A stretch of 64,000 bases of DNA from Arcobacteraceae bacterium (GTDB taxonomy: Bacteria; Campylobacterota; Campylobacteria; Campylobacterales; Arcobacteraceae): the NCBI GenBank assembly GCA_965224485.1, contig CBDCZH010000010.1:64001-128000 (forward strand), given 5' to 3'. Made by a program: the position numbers and the translations under genes. Positions 40,376-50,513 of this stretch are shown here, one piece after another (the stretch's first letter is position 1; each line of letters starts with the position of its first letter). A model generated the notes under the pieces. It did no database searches and was not told where the DNA came from. It was given only the letters and a program-made list of their open reading frames with translations.

Positions 40376-40902
40376 TGGTAAAAAATAATATAACACTAAG
40401 TAATATAATAATAGCACTTACCGTATTAATGTATATTGTTCAAATAAATATAACTAATGGGTCAATTTATTTAGGACTGAATAGATATTTTTTAGATGCA
40501 TCTTTTTATTGGCAACCCCTTTCTTCAATGTTTACCCATGGAGGAATAGGACATTTAGGTATGAATATGTTTGTTTTATATCAATTTGGTAATTTGATTG
40601 AAAAATATGCAGGAGTTAAAACCTTATTCTTTCTATATTTTATAGGTGGATTATTTACTTCAGTTGCTAGTTTTTATGTAATGCAACTTTTAGAATTAAA
40701 TGCAAATCTAGTTGGAGCTTCTGGTGCTTTATGTGTTCTTTTAGGATACGTAGCGCTAAAAGATGTAACTCAGCGAAAAGGAATAATTACTTGGGTTTTA
40801 CTAATCTCTGTAGCCCCACTTATAATAGGACTACCAATAGCTTGGTATGCGCACTTTTTAGGACTATTTTTTGGTTTTTTATTAGGTAAGTTTATTAGAT
40901 AA
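40375..40902 (+). CDS. Rhomboid intramembrane serine protease
   Basis: WQPLSSMFTH, HLGMNM, GASG, AHFLG. Confidence 0.92.
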   Translation: MVKNNITLSNIIIALTVLMYIVQINITNGSIYLGLNRYFLDASFYWQPLSSMFTHGGIGHLGMNMFVLYQFGNLIEKYAGVKTLFFLYFIGGLFTSVASFYVMQLLELNANLVGASGALCVLLGYVALKDVTQRKGIITWVLLISVAPLIIGLPIAWYAHFLGLFFGFLLGKFIR

Positions 40903-41628
40903 TTAAATATTAGATATTTTATCATTAGATAAAATTATCTTGTGTTTATACATATCTGCTTTTATTAATATGTCAGAATATTCAACTTCTTGATTATGTT
41001 TGTCATATGATAATCTATGTAAAGATAATAAAGCATCTCTTACTTTAATATTTAATTTCGCTGCTTCTTCTTTATTCGCATTTTTAGCTTCTACTGTTTC
41101 ATCTGCATTATAAAATTCAATTCTATATTCATCTTTTAAAAAAGTGTATAAAGATTCAATATTAAACTTTTCTTCTATTTTTGGTACTCTTGAATAATCT
41201 AAATAGTTTAACATCAGTGCAAAAGGTATATTATTTAAAAACCTAGTTCTTTTTATGCATAATAATTTTTCACATTTTAGTAAATCTTTTACATAATGCT
41301 CCCCTTGAATTATTTCAAAACTAAGTGATCTTGTACTTAATATATCATTTTGTTTCTCTAACCTTTGTGTCAAGGAACCAATTGCATTTGCATCATAAAG
41401 AATTTTTATTTCTTTTACAAAAGTGCCTCTTCCTTGCTTTTTAAAAACAATATCTTCTTTAACCAACTCTTCAATAGCTTTACGTACAGTAATTCTGCTT
41501 ACTTCATAAACTTTTTCTATTTTAAGCTCAGCTGGAATAATATCTCCTACTTGGTAATTCTCTTTGATATCTTTTAATAATTTTTCTTTAAGTTGTATAT
41601 ATAATGGAATTCCATTTTTCTTAAACAA
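40903..41628 (-). CDS. GntR (HutC/UTRA) transcriptional regulator, copy 1
   Basis: PLYIQL, PAE, VSRITVRKA, QGRGTFV, UTRA domain with SLY; TTG start after AAGGA. Confidence 0.92.
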   Translation of the reverse strand: MFKKNGIPLYIQLKEKLLKDIKENYQVGDIIPAELKIEKVYEVSRITVRKAIEELVKEDIVFKKQGRGTFVKEIKILYDANAIGSLTQRLEKQNDILSTRSLSFEIIQGEHYVKDLLKCEKLLCIKRTRFLNNIPFALMLNYLDYSRVPKIEEKFNIESLYTFLKDEYRIEFYNADETVEAKNANKEEAAKLNIKVRDALLSLHRLSYDKHNQEVEYSDILIKADMYKHKIILSNDKISNI

Positions 41629-41975
41629 GTTATAATTCCTTCTTCTTCTTCTTAATAATGGGGAAAGAAGTGTTTTTTATGATATAGTAGTTCACAGTAA
41701 CTCTATTTTATTGACGAGTTACCCAAGTATAGTACATTTTTAAGTTTTAAATAATCCTTAAAATCACTTATAGATACTATATTGGTTTTTTAATTATTAA
41801 ATAAATTTGTAACTACTTTGTAATTTTTTTAATATACAATCTTTTAATTTTATAATAATAATTAATATTATTGTATTTCTACATGAAAATTATGTTTTGA
41901 TTTATCGCAATATACAGTACTCTTTAAAAATAAAGAAGAACCCTTGAAATATCGTATTTTAACATTGGAGAAAAC

Positions 41976-43040
41976 ATGAAAAAGACTTTTTTAGTAAGTA
42001 CATCGTTAGTTATATCACTTTTTGCTACGAGTTTATTAGCCCAAGACACCTTAAAAATATTGACTTGGAAAGGTTATGCGCCAAAAGCATTAGTTGAAAA
42101 ATTTGAGAAACAAACAGGAATAAAAGTTAAATTAACTTATTCAAATAATGAAGAAATGATCGCAAAATTAAGAGCAACAAGAGGAGCTGGTTTTGATTTA
42201 GTTCAACCCTCTCAAGACAGGATATCATCTGTTCAAGCTAAATATAAAATATATAAAGCTATTGATTATTCAAAAATCAATGAAAAACAAATTATTCCTT
42301 CTATGTTAGCTGCGGTTAAGAAAAATACTAAAGTAAATGGTAAGTCTTATGGAGTTCCTTTTAATTATGGAACATCAGGATTAATAGTAAATACGAAAAT
42401 GGCACCAAACGTAAAAGATTATGATGCTTTATTAGACAAACAATACTCAGGAAAAATTTCATATAGATTAAAAAGACCAACTCTTATCGCTATTGCTTTA
42501 TCAAAAGATGAAGATCCTTTTTCAAAATATTCAAATGCAAAAGAATATAAAAAAGTTATGGAAGATTCTGCAAAGGCGTTAATTAAAGCAAAAGTACATG
42601 TAAAAACATATTATGCAAATGGAGACGCTTTATTACAACTTTTAAGAAGTAAAGAAGTATATGTTGCAATGGGTTGGGATAATGGAGGTTGGAAACTTCA
42701 TAAAGAAAATAAAGATATTGATTTTATTGCTCCTAAAAGTGGTGCTCTAGGTTGGATTGATACTTTTGCTATTCCTGCAAAAGCTAAAAATGTAGAAGCA
42801 GCTTATGCGTGGATTAACTTTATGTTAGAAGCTAAAAATGCAGCTTATTTCACAAATAAAGAGAGTTATGCTACTGCTTCAAATGGTGCAAGTGTATATT
42901 TAAATAAAGAAATTAAAGATAACTTTTCTAGATCATTTTCAAAAGCTGATATTGATAATATAAATTGGTATCCACCAGTACCAGCGAAATTAGAAAAAAT
43001 TGAAGGAAAACTTTTAGATAAAATAAAAGCTTCAAGATAA
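41976..43040 (+). CDS. ABC substrate-binding protein, PotD/PotF-like
   Basis: Signal peptide; LTWKGY, SNNEEMIAKL, WIDTFAIP. Confidence 0.85.
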   Translation: MKKTFLVSTSLVISLFATSLLAQDTLKILTWKGYAPKALVEKFEKQTGIKVKLTYSNNEEMIAKLRATRGAGFDLVQPSQDRISSVQAKYKIYKAIDYSKINEKQIIPSMLAAVKKNTKVNGKSYGVPFNYGTSGLIVNTKMAPNVKDYDALLDKQYSGKISYRLKRPTLIAIALSKDEDPFSKYSNAKEYKKVMEDSAKALIKAKVHVKTYYANGDALLQLLRSKEVYVAMGWDNGGWKLHKENKDIDFIAPKSGALGWIDTFAIPAKAKNVEAAYAWINFMLEAKNAAYFTNKESYATASNGASVYLNKEIKDNFSRSFSKADIDNINWYPPVPAKLEKIEGKLLDKIKASR

Positions 43041-43064
43041 ATATATGGGGATATCCCATATATT
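43040..43064 (+). other. Intercistronic hairpin after SBP gene (likely mRNA stabiliser)
   Basis: ATATATGGG-GATAT-CCCATATAT. Confidence 0.55.
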
Positions 43065-43095
43065 GATAAGACTTTGTTATAAATTAAGGAAATAG

Positions 43096-44160
43096 ATGAG
43101 TAATGTTTTAGAAATAATAGACTTAGAAAAACATTTTGAAGATTTTACAGCTGTTAATAAAATAAATTTTGAAGTAAAAGAAGGTGAATTTTTTTCAATT
43201 CTTGGACCCTCTGGCTGTGGAAAAACAACACTTTTACGTATGATAGCTGGTTTCTTAGAAGAAAATTCTGGTCTTATTAAAATAAGAAATAAAAGTATGA
43301 AAGGTATTTCTCCTAACAAAAGGCCTGTAAATCTTGTTTTCCAAAATTTAGCATTATTTCCTATGATGAATGTAGAAGAAAATATTGCATTTGGTTTAAA
43401 AAGAAAAAAACTTTCAAAAATAGTAATAAAACAAAAAGTAGAAGAAATTTTAGAAAAAGTTCATCTAAAAGGTTATGGAAAAAAAGAGATAAATCAACTC
43501 TCCGGTGGTCAAAAACAAAGAATTGCAATAGCACGAGCTTTGGTTTTAGAGCCTTCAATTTTACTTTTAGATGAGCCTTTAGGTGCCCTTGATTTAAAAC
43601 TTAGAGAAAAAATGAAAATAGAGCTTAAAAAGCTTCAAAAAGAGTTTGGAACAACTTTTATTTATATAACTCATGATCAAAGTGAAGCTTTAGTTATGAG
43701 TGATAAAGTTGCAGTTATGAATAATGGTAGATTTGAGCAAATTGATACTCCAAGAAACTTATATTCTAATCCTAAAACACCATTTGTAGCCTCTTTTGTA
43801 GGTGAGACTAATATGTTTGAAGGAAAACTTATAAAAAGTAATGATATTTATTTCGATGATAACTTTTCATTAAAAGTGACATTAATTGATAATATTGAAG
43901 AGAAGTGTAAAGTTTTTTTAAGGCCAGAATCAATTATTTTATTTCCAAAAAGTGATATAAAAGATATAAATAGATTTAATATAATAGTAAAAACTATACT
44001 TTTTGATGGTTCTAATACTAAACTACTAAGTACTATAGAAAATACTCAATATGAACTACAAGTTTCTCTTCCTCAAAATAAACAGTTTTCTCATATAAAA
44101 GTAGGAGATATAATTTGTGCAGGTATTGATTATCTTGCCTGTAAATGTTATGTTAGTTAA
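43096..44160 (+). CDS. ABC ATP-binding protein, PotA-like
   Basis: GPSGCGKT, LSGGQKQR, DEPLGALD, THDQ, TOBE-like tail. Confidence 0.92.
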   Translation: MSNVLEIIDLEKHFEDFTAVNKINFEVKEGEFFSILGPSGCGKTTLLRMIAGFLEENSGLIKIRNKSMKGISPNKRPVNLVFQNLALFPMMNVEENIAFGLKRKKLSKIVIKQKVEEILEKVHLKGYGKKEINQLSGGQKQRIAIARALVLEPSILLLDEPLGALDLKLREKMKIELKKLQKEFGTTFIYITHDQSEALVMSDKVAVMNNGRFEQIDTPRNLYSNPKTPFVASFVGETNMFEGKLIKSNDIYFDDNFSLKVTLIDNIEEKCKVFLRPESIILFPKSDIKDINRFNIIVKTILFDGSNTKLLSTIENTQYELQVSLPQNKQFSHIKVGDIICAGIDYLACKCYVS

Positions 44161-44163
44161 TTT

Positions 44164-45021
44164 ATGAAAACATACTCAAAAATTGGCTTTTATATATTTT
44201 TCGTGCCTATATTCTTGTGGCTTGCTTTACTTATAATAATTCCTCAAATTGAATTATTTATTATGTCTTTAAGATTTGAAGATGATTTAGGTGATATGAT
44301 ATGGAGTTTTGAAAATTATAAAGAATTTTTTGTTAATGATATTTATTGGCTTACTTTTTTAAGAACAGCTTTATATGCTATTTTTGTTACTTTTTTAACT
44401 TTCCTTGTAACTTTTCCAATTGCTTTTTATATTACAAAAATTGTAAATAAAAAGTATAGTGCTTTTTTGATAATTCTTCTTTTATTACCTTTTTGGGTAA
44501 GTGAGTTAGTACGTGTTTATGGTTGGACTATTTTACTAAGAGAAAGTGGTGTTATTAACTTCTTATTATTAAGTACTTCATTAACTACTGAAGCTATTGA
44601 GATGTTATACAATGATGCTGCTATGATTATGGGGCTTGTATACACTTCAATGTTATTTATGGTAATTCCTTTAATTTCTTCATTAGAAGGCATGGATGAT
44701 ACGTATATTGAAGCAGCACATGATTTAGGGGCATCTAAATTTACAATATTTATTAAAATTGTAATACCTTATTGCTCTTCTGGAATAGTTTCTGGAAGTA
44801 TTATTGTTTTCATGCTAACTCTTGGAAATTATTTAACTCCAAATTTAATGGGAGGGAAAAATTCTTTATGGTTTACTGAGCAAATTTATAATGAGTTTAT
44901 ATCTTCATTAAATTGGAATCAGGGTGCAGCTTTTGGTTTTTTACTCTTACTTTTATCTTCTTTAATAATATATTTAGGACTTAAATTAAGTAAGCAAAAT
45001 CTTGCTAAGGTTATGTCATGA
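44164..45021 (+). CDS. ABC permease, PotB-like
   Basis: PFWVSELVR, EAAHDLGA. Confidence 0.9.
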   Translation: MKTYSKIGFYIFFVPIFLWLALLIIIPQIELFIMSLRFEDDLGDMIWSFENYKEFFVNDIYWLTFLRTALYAIFVTFLTFLVTFPIAFYITKIVNKKYSAFLIILLLLPFWVSELVRVYGWTILLRESGVINFLLLSTSLTTEAIEMLYNDAAMIMGLVYTSMLFMVIPLISSLEGMDDTYIEAAHDLGASKFTIFIKIVIPYCSSGIVSGSIIVFMLTLGNYLTPNLMGGKNSLWFTEQIYNEFISSLNWNQGAAFGFLLLLLSSLIIYLGLKLSKQNLAKVMS

Positions 45022-45872
45022 TACGTTCTTTACCTTCTTCTAAAGTATATAAATTTACTTTTAAATTGTATGTATGTTTATTTTTTATATTTTTATTTGC
45101 ACCCTTAATAGTAACATCTATTTTAGCTTTTAATGATTCAAATTTTCCTTCCCTTCCTTGGAATGGGTTTACCCTTGATTGGTTTATAGGAAATAGTGAG
45201 AAAAGACTGGGAATTTTTAATGATACAGATAATTTATTAAGTATGTGGGTATCAGCTCAAACTGCTTTTTTTGTCTCGGTATTCTCTTTACTTGTAGGAA
45301 CCTTAGGCGCTTTTTTATTTGAAAGAGAAGAGTTTAAATATAAGCAGTTCTTTTATTTTTTAGCTTTAACTCCTTTAGTTATTCCTGGTGTAATTTTAGG
45401 TATTTCTTTACTTTTAGCTGTAAATTCAGCAGGTTTATTTTTTGAAGATAATTTTGCTCTAGATTTTGAAATATTAAGACCTAGTTTCTGGTTAGTTGTA
45501 CTTGGACAATTCTCTTTTATTACTACCTTTGTTCTCTTAGTAGTCTCTTCTAAATTAAAAAAATTTGATAATACTTTAGAAGAAGCTGCTTTAAATCTTG
45601 GAGCTAGTAAAATTGATGCAATAAGGTATATAATTATTCCATTTTTAAAACCAGCGTTGTTAGGTGCAGGCGCAGTTGCTTTTTTGATGAGTTTTGAGAA
45701 CTTCAATACAACTCTATTTTTGATAGGGTCTGATACAACTCTACCTGTAAATTTATATTTACAAGTAAGAGATGGAAGTACTCCTGTTATTAATGCAATC
45801 TCATTCTTATTAATTATGGGAACATCGATTCTTGCTTTATTAAATTTATTTTTAAGTAAAAAGGGAAAATAA
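45018..45872 (+). CDS. ABC permease, PotC-like
   Basis: GFTLDWF, EEAALNLGA, TLPV, PVINAIS. Confidence 0.9.
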   Translation: MIRSLPSSKVYKFTFKLYVCLFFIFLFAPLIVTSILAFNDSNFPSLPWNGFTLDWFIGNSEKRLGIFNDTDNLLSMWVSAQTAFFVSVFSLLVGTLGAFLFEREEFKYKQFFYFLALTPLVIPGVILGISLLLAVNSAGLFFEDNFALDFEILRPSFWLVVLGQFSFITTFVLLVVSSKLKKFDNTLEEAALNLGASKIDAIRYIIIPFLKPALLGAGAVAFLMSFENFNTTLFLIGSDTTLPVNLYLQVRDGSTPVINAISFLLIMGTSILALLNLFLSKKGK

Positions 45873-46684
45873 TGTCATTTTATACTAATCTTAAAAAGAG
45901 TAAGAAAAAGAAAAAGAATCTGATAGTAGCACATAGAGGTTTTAGATCAATAAGACCAGAAAATACACTTAGTGCTTTTAAAGCAGCTCTTAAGAGATGT
46001 GATTTTATTGAGTTTGATGTAAACATATCTAAAGATGAAATTCCTGTTGTTCTTCATGATTCTACTTTATTGAGAACCTCAAATATAAAAAAAAAGAAGA
46101 AGTATAAAAATAAAACCTTAGTACATGAATTAACTTTAGAAGAATTAAAAACCTTAGACTTTGGTACTTGGTTTATAAAAAGTGATCCTTTTGGAACTAT
46201 TAAAAAGAATAAAGTAAAAAAGAAGAAAATAAAAAAACAAAGTATTCTAAGTTTAGAAGAAATACTAGTATTTTGTAAAGAAAACAATATGCTTGCAAAT
46301 ATAGAAATAAAAGATCTTTTTTCTACCTCTTTTGATAAAATAATTGTTCAAAAAGTAATAGATGTAATAGTAAAATTAAAAATGCAAAATTTCGTACTTT
46401 TATCATCTTTTAATCACGCTTATTTAAGAGAAATAAATACATTATTACCTTCTATTGATAAAGCTATATTAGTTGAAGATTCTCATCCTAATAACTTATT
46501 TGAATACTTAAAAGACCTCAATATCAGTGCCTATAATTGTAATGATAAAATCATTACTAAGAGTATTGTACAATATTTAAAAAAAGAGTCGTTCAAAGTA
46601 AACGTTTTTACAGTTAATGACCGAAAAAGAAAAGACGAGCTTTTCTCATGGGGAGTAGATGCTATTTTTACCGATTATTTATAA
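45872..46684 (+). CDS. Cytoplasmic glycerophosphodiester phosphodiesterase (UgpQ-like)
   Basis: AHRG, PENT, EFDV, HD, NIEIK, SSFNH, FTVN, GVDAIFTD. Confidence 0.93.
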   Translation: MSFYTNLKKSKKKKKNLIVAHRGFRSIRPENTLSAFKAALKRCDFIEFDVNISKDEIPVVLHDSTLLRTSNIKKKKKYKNKTLVHELTLEELKTLDFGTWFIKSDPFGTIKKNKVKKKKIKKQSILSLEEILVFCKENNMLANIEIKDLFSTSFDKIIVQKVIDVIVKLKMQNFVLLSSFNHAYLREINTLLPSIDKAILVEDSHPNNLFEYLKDLNISAYNCNDKIITKSIVQYLKKESFKVNVFTVNDRKRKDELFSWGVDAIFTDYL

Positions 46685-46702
46685 TATAAAATTTTAATAT
46701 CT

Positions 46703-47410
46703 TTAATTTGATAATAAAATTTTATGTTTATACATATCACCTTTGATTACTAAATGTGAATACTCTATTGCTTTACTTGTTTTATCAAAAGCTAAACGTT
46801 TTAAAGATAATAAAGGTGAGCCCTCTTTTATATCTAGTTTTACTGCTTCTTCTTTACTAGAAGCTAGTGCTTCAACTATCTCTTCTGCGTTAAAAAACTC
46901 TATATTATATTCTTCTTTCAAGAAAGAATATAAAGATTCTAAATTTAATTTCTTATCAATATTAGGTACTGTTAAAATATCAAAATAATTTGTCATTAAA
47001 GCAAAAGGTACTCCATCTAATAACCTAGTTCTTTTTATGCATAAAAGCTTTTTACAGCCTAATAAATCTTTTACAAAATGTTCACCTTCAAGTATTTCAA
47101 AAGATATAGATTTTGTTGTTAATAGGCGTTTTTCTTTTGATAATCTTTGTGTTAGTGAACCAAAAGAGTTTGCATTATAAAGTATTTTTTTTTCTTTTAC
47201 GTAAGTGCCTTTTCCTTGCCGTTTTATAATTATATTATCTTTTTCTAACTCTTCAATAGCTTTTCTTATTGTTATTCTTGAAACATTGTACATTTCTTCA
47301 AGTTTTCCCTCAGGAGGAATTATGTCATTTACTTTATAATTCTTTTTAATATCTTCTAAAATCTTTTTTTTAACTTGGTAATATAGAGGTATTCCATTTT
47401 TTACAAACAA
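46703..47410 (-). CDS. GntR (HutC/UTRA) transcriptional regulator, copy 2
   Basis: Same architecture as copy 1 with many identical blocks; TTG start. Confidence 0.92.
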   Translation of the reverse strand: MFVKNGIPLYYQVKKKILEDIKKNYKVNDIIPPEGKLEEMYNVSRITIRKAIEELEKDNIIIKRQGKGTYVKEKKILYNANSFGSLTQRLSKEKRLLTTKSISFEILEGEHFVKDLLGCKKLLCIKRTRLLDGVPFALMTNYFDILTVPNIDKKLNLESLYSFLKEEYNIEFFNAEEIVEALASSKEEAVKLDIKEGSPLLSLKRLAFDKTSKAIEYSHLVIKGDMYKHKILLSN

Positions 47411-47499
47411 TTTATTCCTTTTTGAATAATTAATATAGTTGCGTTATTTATTCATAATACATTATTCACTTTAAAATTTTACTTAAATAAAATTTTGTA

Positions 47500-49059
47500 T
47501 TATAAATAGTTATTTAATATTAAAAGTGCTTCTTCTTCTTCTTTTTGTTTTTTATCTTTATTCCAAGATAATTCATCTGCCATAATACTTACAACTTCAT
47601 TTAATATAAGTTTGGCAGCTTCTTTATCAATTAGAGCTAAACTGGATCTTCTTACTAAAAAATCAAGTGGTTTTTGTACAAACTCTTTTTTTATACAATA
47701 AATTACTTCTGCATTTGTATATTCATAATTTTTGTGTAGTTTTATGATATCTTGAACACTAGCTAAAACATCTTTACTTTTATCACCATATAGTGAGTTT
47801 AAATGTGATGCAAGTGTTTTAGATACTCCACTTATTTCTAAGTTTTTACTAAAGTCTTCACTTCCATACAGTTTTAATTTCTTTGTTTTACATTTTTTAT
47901 TGTTTAATTTAAACTCTTTATTAATATAAGAAAGTACTTCTTGCGCCATTTTCCTGTATGTTGTCCATTTTCCACCAATTATGCTAACTAAACCACTTTG
48001 TGAACTTGTAATAACATGGTCTCTTACAATAGATGAAGTACTTGCATTCTTTTCTGGTGCAACTAAGGGTCTAATTCCTGACCATGAAGATAAAATTTCT
48101 TCTTTTTTTATTTTTAGTTCAAAATATATTTCTAAGTGTTTTAAAATATAATCTATGTCTTCATCACTTACTTCTGGTCTTTGTTGTAAAGATGTTTTTT
48201 CATCAGTTGTTCCAACTAAACATTTTCCCATCCATGGCAAAATAAATAAAACTCTTCCATCTTGAGTTTTAGGAATCATTAAACCTTCACTTGAAGGCAG
48301 GTATTTTTTATCCAATACTATATGAATACCTGAACTTAAATCTAACATACTTTTAGCTTCTTTATCATCTAATAGTCTAATTTGATCTGAAAAAACACCA
48401 GTAGCATTTATAATGATATTTGATTTAAATAAAATAATTTTACTATTAGTTTTATCAAATACTTTTACTCCTGATATTTTTTTGTTTGTGTGCATGAATT
48501 CTTTTACTTCATGATAATTTTTACATAAAGCTCCAAAAGTTCTTGCTGTTTGTAATAAGGCAATATTTAGCCTTGCATCATTAAATGAACCATCATAATA
48601 TTTAACCCCTGCAACTAAACCATCTTTTTTAATAACAGGGAATTTTTCGATAAGTTTTTTTCTACATATGATTGAAGAGCGTCCTAAACCTTTTGTTCCT
48701 GAAACAAGGTCATATAAAGATAAACCTACAAACATATAAGGAACTTGCCACCACTTATATAAAGGTGTAATTAATGTTAAACGTGAGCATAAATGAGGAG
48801 CATTTTTAAGTAGCCTTGCTCTCTCTTGTAAACCTTCTTTAACTAAATTAAATTGTTCTTTATCTAATTTTTTAACAGCAGCTTCTAAATATCTAACTCC
48901 ACCATGAACTAATTTTGTACTTCTTGAACTAGTACCTTCTGAAAAATCATTTTTCTCTAATAGTAGAGTTTTCATTCCTCTTGAAGCTGCATCTAAAGCA
49001 ATACCACTTCCAGTTGCCCCTCCACCTATTATAATAATGTCATATGTATTATTTTCCAT
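47500..49059 (-). CDS. glpD: FAD-dependent glycerol-3-phosphate dehydrogenase
   Basis: IIGGGATG, GTSSRSTKLVHGGVRYL, GTTD, SGIRPL, GGKWTTYR. Confidence 0.95.
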   Translation of the reverse strand: MENNTYDIIIIGGGATGSGIALDAASRGMKTLLLEKNDFSEGTSSRSTKLVHGGVRYLEAAVKKLDKEQFNLVKEGLQERARLLKNAPHLCSRLTLITPLYKWWQVPYMFVGLSLYDLVSGTKGLGRSSIICRKKLIEKFPVIKKDGLVAGVKYYDGSFNDARLNIALLQTARTFGALCKNYHEVKEFMHTNKKISGVKVFDKTNSKIILFKSNIIINATGVFSDQIRLLDDKEAKSMLDLSSGIHIVLDKKYLPSSEGLMIPKTQDGRVLFILPWMGKCLVGTTDEKTSLQQRPEVSDEDIDYILKHLEIYFELKIKKEEILSSWSGIRPLVAPEKNASTSSIVRDHVITSSQSGLVSIIGGKWTTYRKMAQEVLSYINKEFKLNNKKCKTKKLKLYGSEDFSKNLEISGVSKTLASHLNSLYGDKSKDVLASVQDIIKLHKNYEYTNAEVIYCIKKEFVQKPLDFLVRRSSLALIDKEAAKLILNEVVSIMADELSWNKDKKQKEEEEALLILNNYL

Positions 49060-49083
49060 AAGTTAATATCCTTATTTGAATTC

Positions 49084-49103
49084 ACATTATAAGGTCATAA
49101 TGT
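49084..49103. promoter_or_regulatory. Putative operator, glpD side
   Basis: ACATTAT-AAGGTC-ATAATGT; 18/20 identical to 49356-49375. Confidence 0.7.
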
Positions 49104-49355
49104 TTATAAATAGATTATAATGACTTGTTGATAAAAAGTAAATTAAACTAGATTATACTTAGAATAGTAAATCTAATATTTATTTTTATTTTATGGAATA
49201 TTGATGATAGCTTAGATTAAAAAATAAAAATAAAAAAATACAAACTCTATAAATAGGGACTTTAAAAAGAAAAATAGCATTAACGTAGCAAAAAATTAAT
49301 AAATCTTCTTTTTTTTTAAGCTTGGTTTAAAATCCAGTACGTCAGTATTAAAGAT

Positions 49356-49375
49356 ACATTATAATGTCATGATGT
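49356..49375. promoter_or_regulatory. Putative operator overlapping the -10 of the glpS operon
   Basis: ACATTATAATGTCATGATGT containing TATAAT (49360-49365). Confidence 0.7.
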
Positions 49376-49408
49376 AATAAAATTTATAAACTACTAGGAG
49401 AAGAATAT

Positions 49409-50497
49409 ATGTCCTTAGAACTTGAAAATATATCAATGCACGTAGATGGTCAAGTACATATTCATAACTGTAATTTAAAATTAGAAAAAGGAACTATGAA
49501 TGTTCTTTTAGGAAGAACACAATCTGGTAAAACAACTTTGATGCGTATTATGGCTGGCTTAGATATACCAACAAGTGGTAGAATAATATATGAAGGTAAA
49601 GATGTAACAGGAATGAAAGTTCAAAAAAGAAAAATTGCTATGGTTTATCAGCAATTTATCAATTATCCTTCTATGAGTGTATATGATAATATTGCAACAC
49701 CTTTACGAATTATGAAAAAAGATGAGGCTTTTATTAAAGAAGCAGTTCTTAAAACTGCAAAACTAATGAGATTAGAAAATATGCTTCATCGTAAACCAAA
49801 TGAGTTATCAGGTGGGCAACAACAAAGATGTGCACTTGCACGATCACTAGTAAAAGGTTCAGGACTTGTATTATTAGATGAACCCTTGGCTAACTTAGAT
49901 TATAAATTACGAGAAGAGTTAAGAGAAGAAATTCCTAAACTTTTTGAAGAATCAGGTGCTATTTTTGTATATGCAACAACTGAACCTGAAGAAGCTTTAC
50001 TCTTAGGTGGAAATGTAGCAACTCTTTGGGAAGGTAAAATAACTCAATTTGGAAAAACTGCAGATGTTTACCATAATCCAAATTCTGCAATAACAGCAAA
50101 AGTTTTTTCGAACCCTTCAATGAATTTTTTAGATATTAAAAAAGAAAAAGATTATATGTATTATGGAAATAATGAAAAAACTCTTATTTCAGAAGCTTTA
50201 AAAGACTTAGAAGATGGTGAATATTTATTAGGTTTTAGACCCAATTATTTACAACTTAAAAAACAAAATGAGAATTCAATAGAATTTGTTACTCACTTAG
50301 ATGTTACAGAAATTACTGGTTCAGAAACATTTCTACATCTTAAATATGATAAAAATTCTTGGATAGGTTTAGTTCATGGAGTTCATGACTTAGAATATAA
50401 TTCAGATTTAACTTTATACTTAGATACACAATATATTTTTGTTTTTAGAAAAGACTATTCTCTTGTAAAAACTGCAGCATATGTTAAAAATAGATAA
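49409..50497 (+). CDS. glpS: Glycerol ABC transporter ATP-binding subunit (GlpS-type)
   Basis: GRTQSGKT, MVYQQFINYP, LSGGQQQR, YATTEPEEA; context glpD/glpK. Confidence 0.85.
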   Translation: MSLELENISMHVDGQVHIHNCNLKLEKGTMNVLLGRTQSGKTTLMRIMAGLDIPTSGRIIYEGKDVTGMKVQKRKIAMVYQQFINYPSMSVYDNIATPLRIMKKDEAFIKEAVLKTAKLMRLENMLHRKPNELSGGQQQRCALARSLVKGSGLVLLDEPLANLDYKLREELREEIPKLFEESGAIFVYATTEPEEALLLGGNVATLWEGKITQFGKTADVYHNPNSAITAKVFSNPSMNFLDIKKEKDYMYYGNNEKTLISEALKDLEDGEYLLGFRPNYLQLKKQNENSIEFVTHLDVTEITGSETFLHLKYDKNSWIGLVHGVHDLEYNSDLTLYLDTQYIFVFRKDYSLVKTAAYVKNR

Positions 50498-50513
50498 AAA
50501 AGGAAGTAAATAA

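Noticed and set aside
41640..41730. Known riboswitch class in the GntR1 leader
   Set aside because: No recognisable conserved riboswitch core; kept only as an unassigned structure
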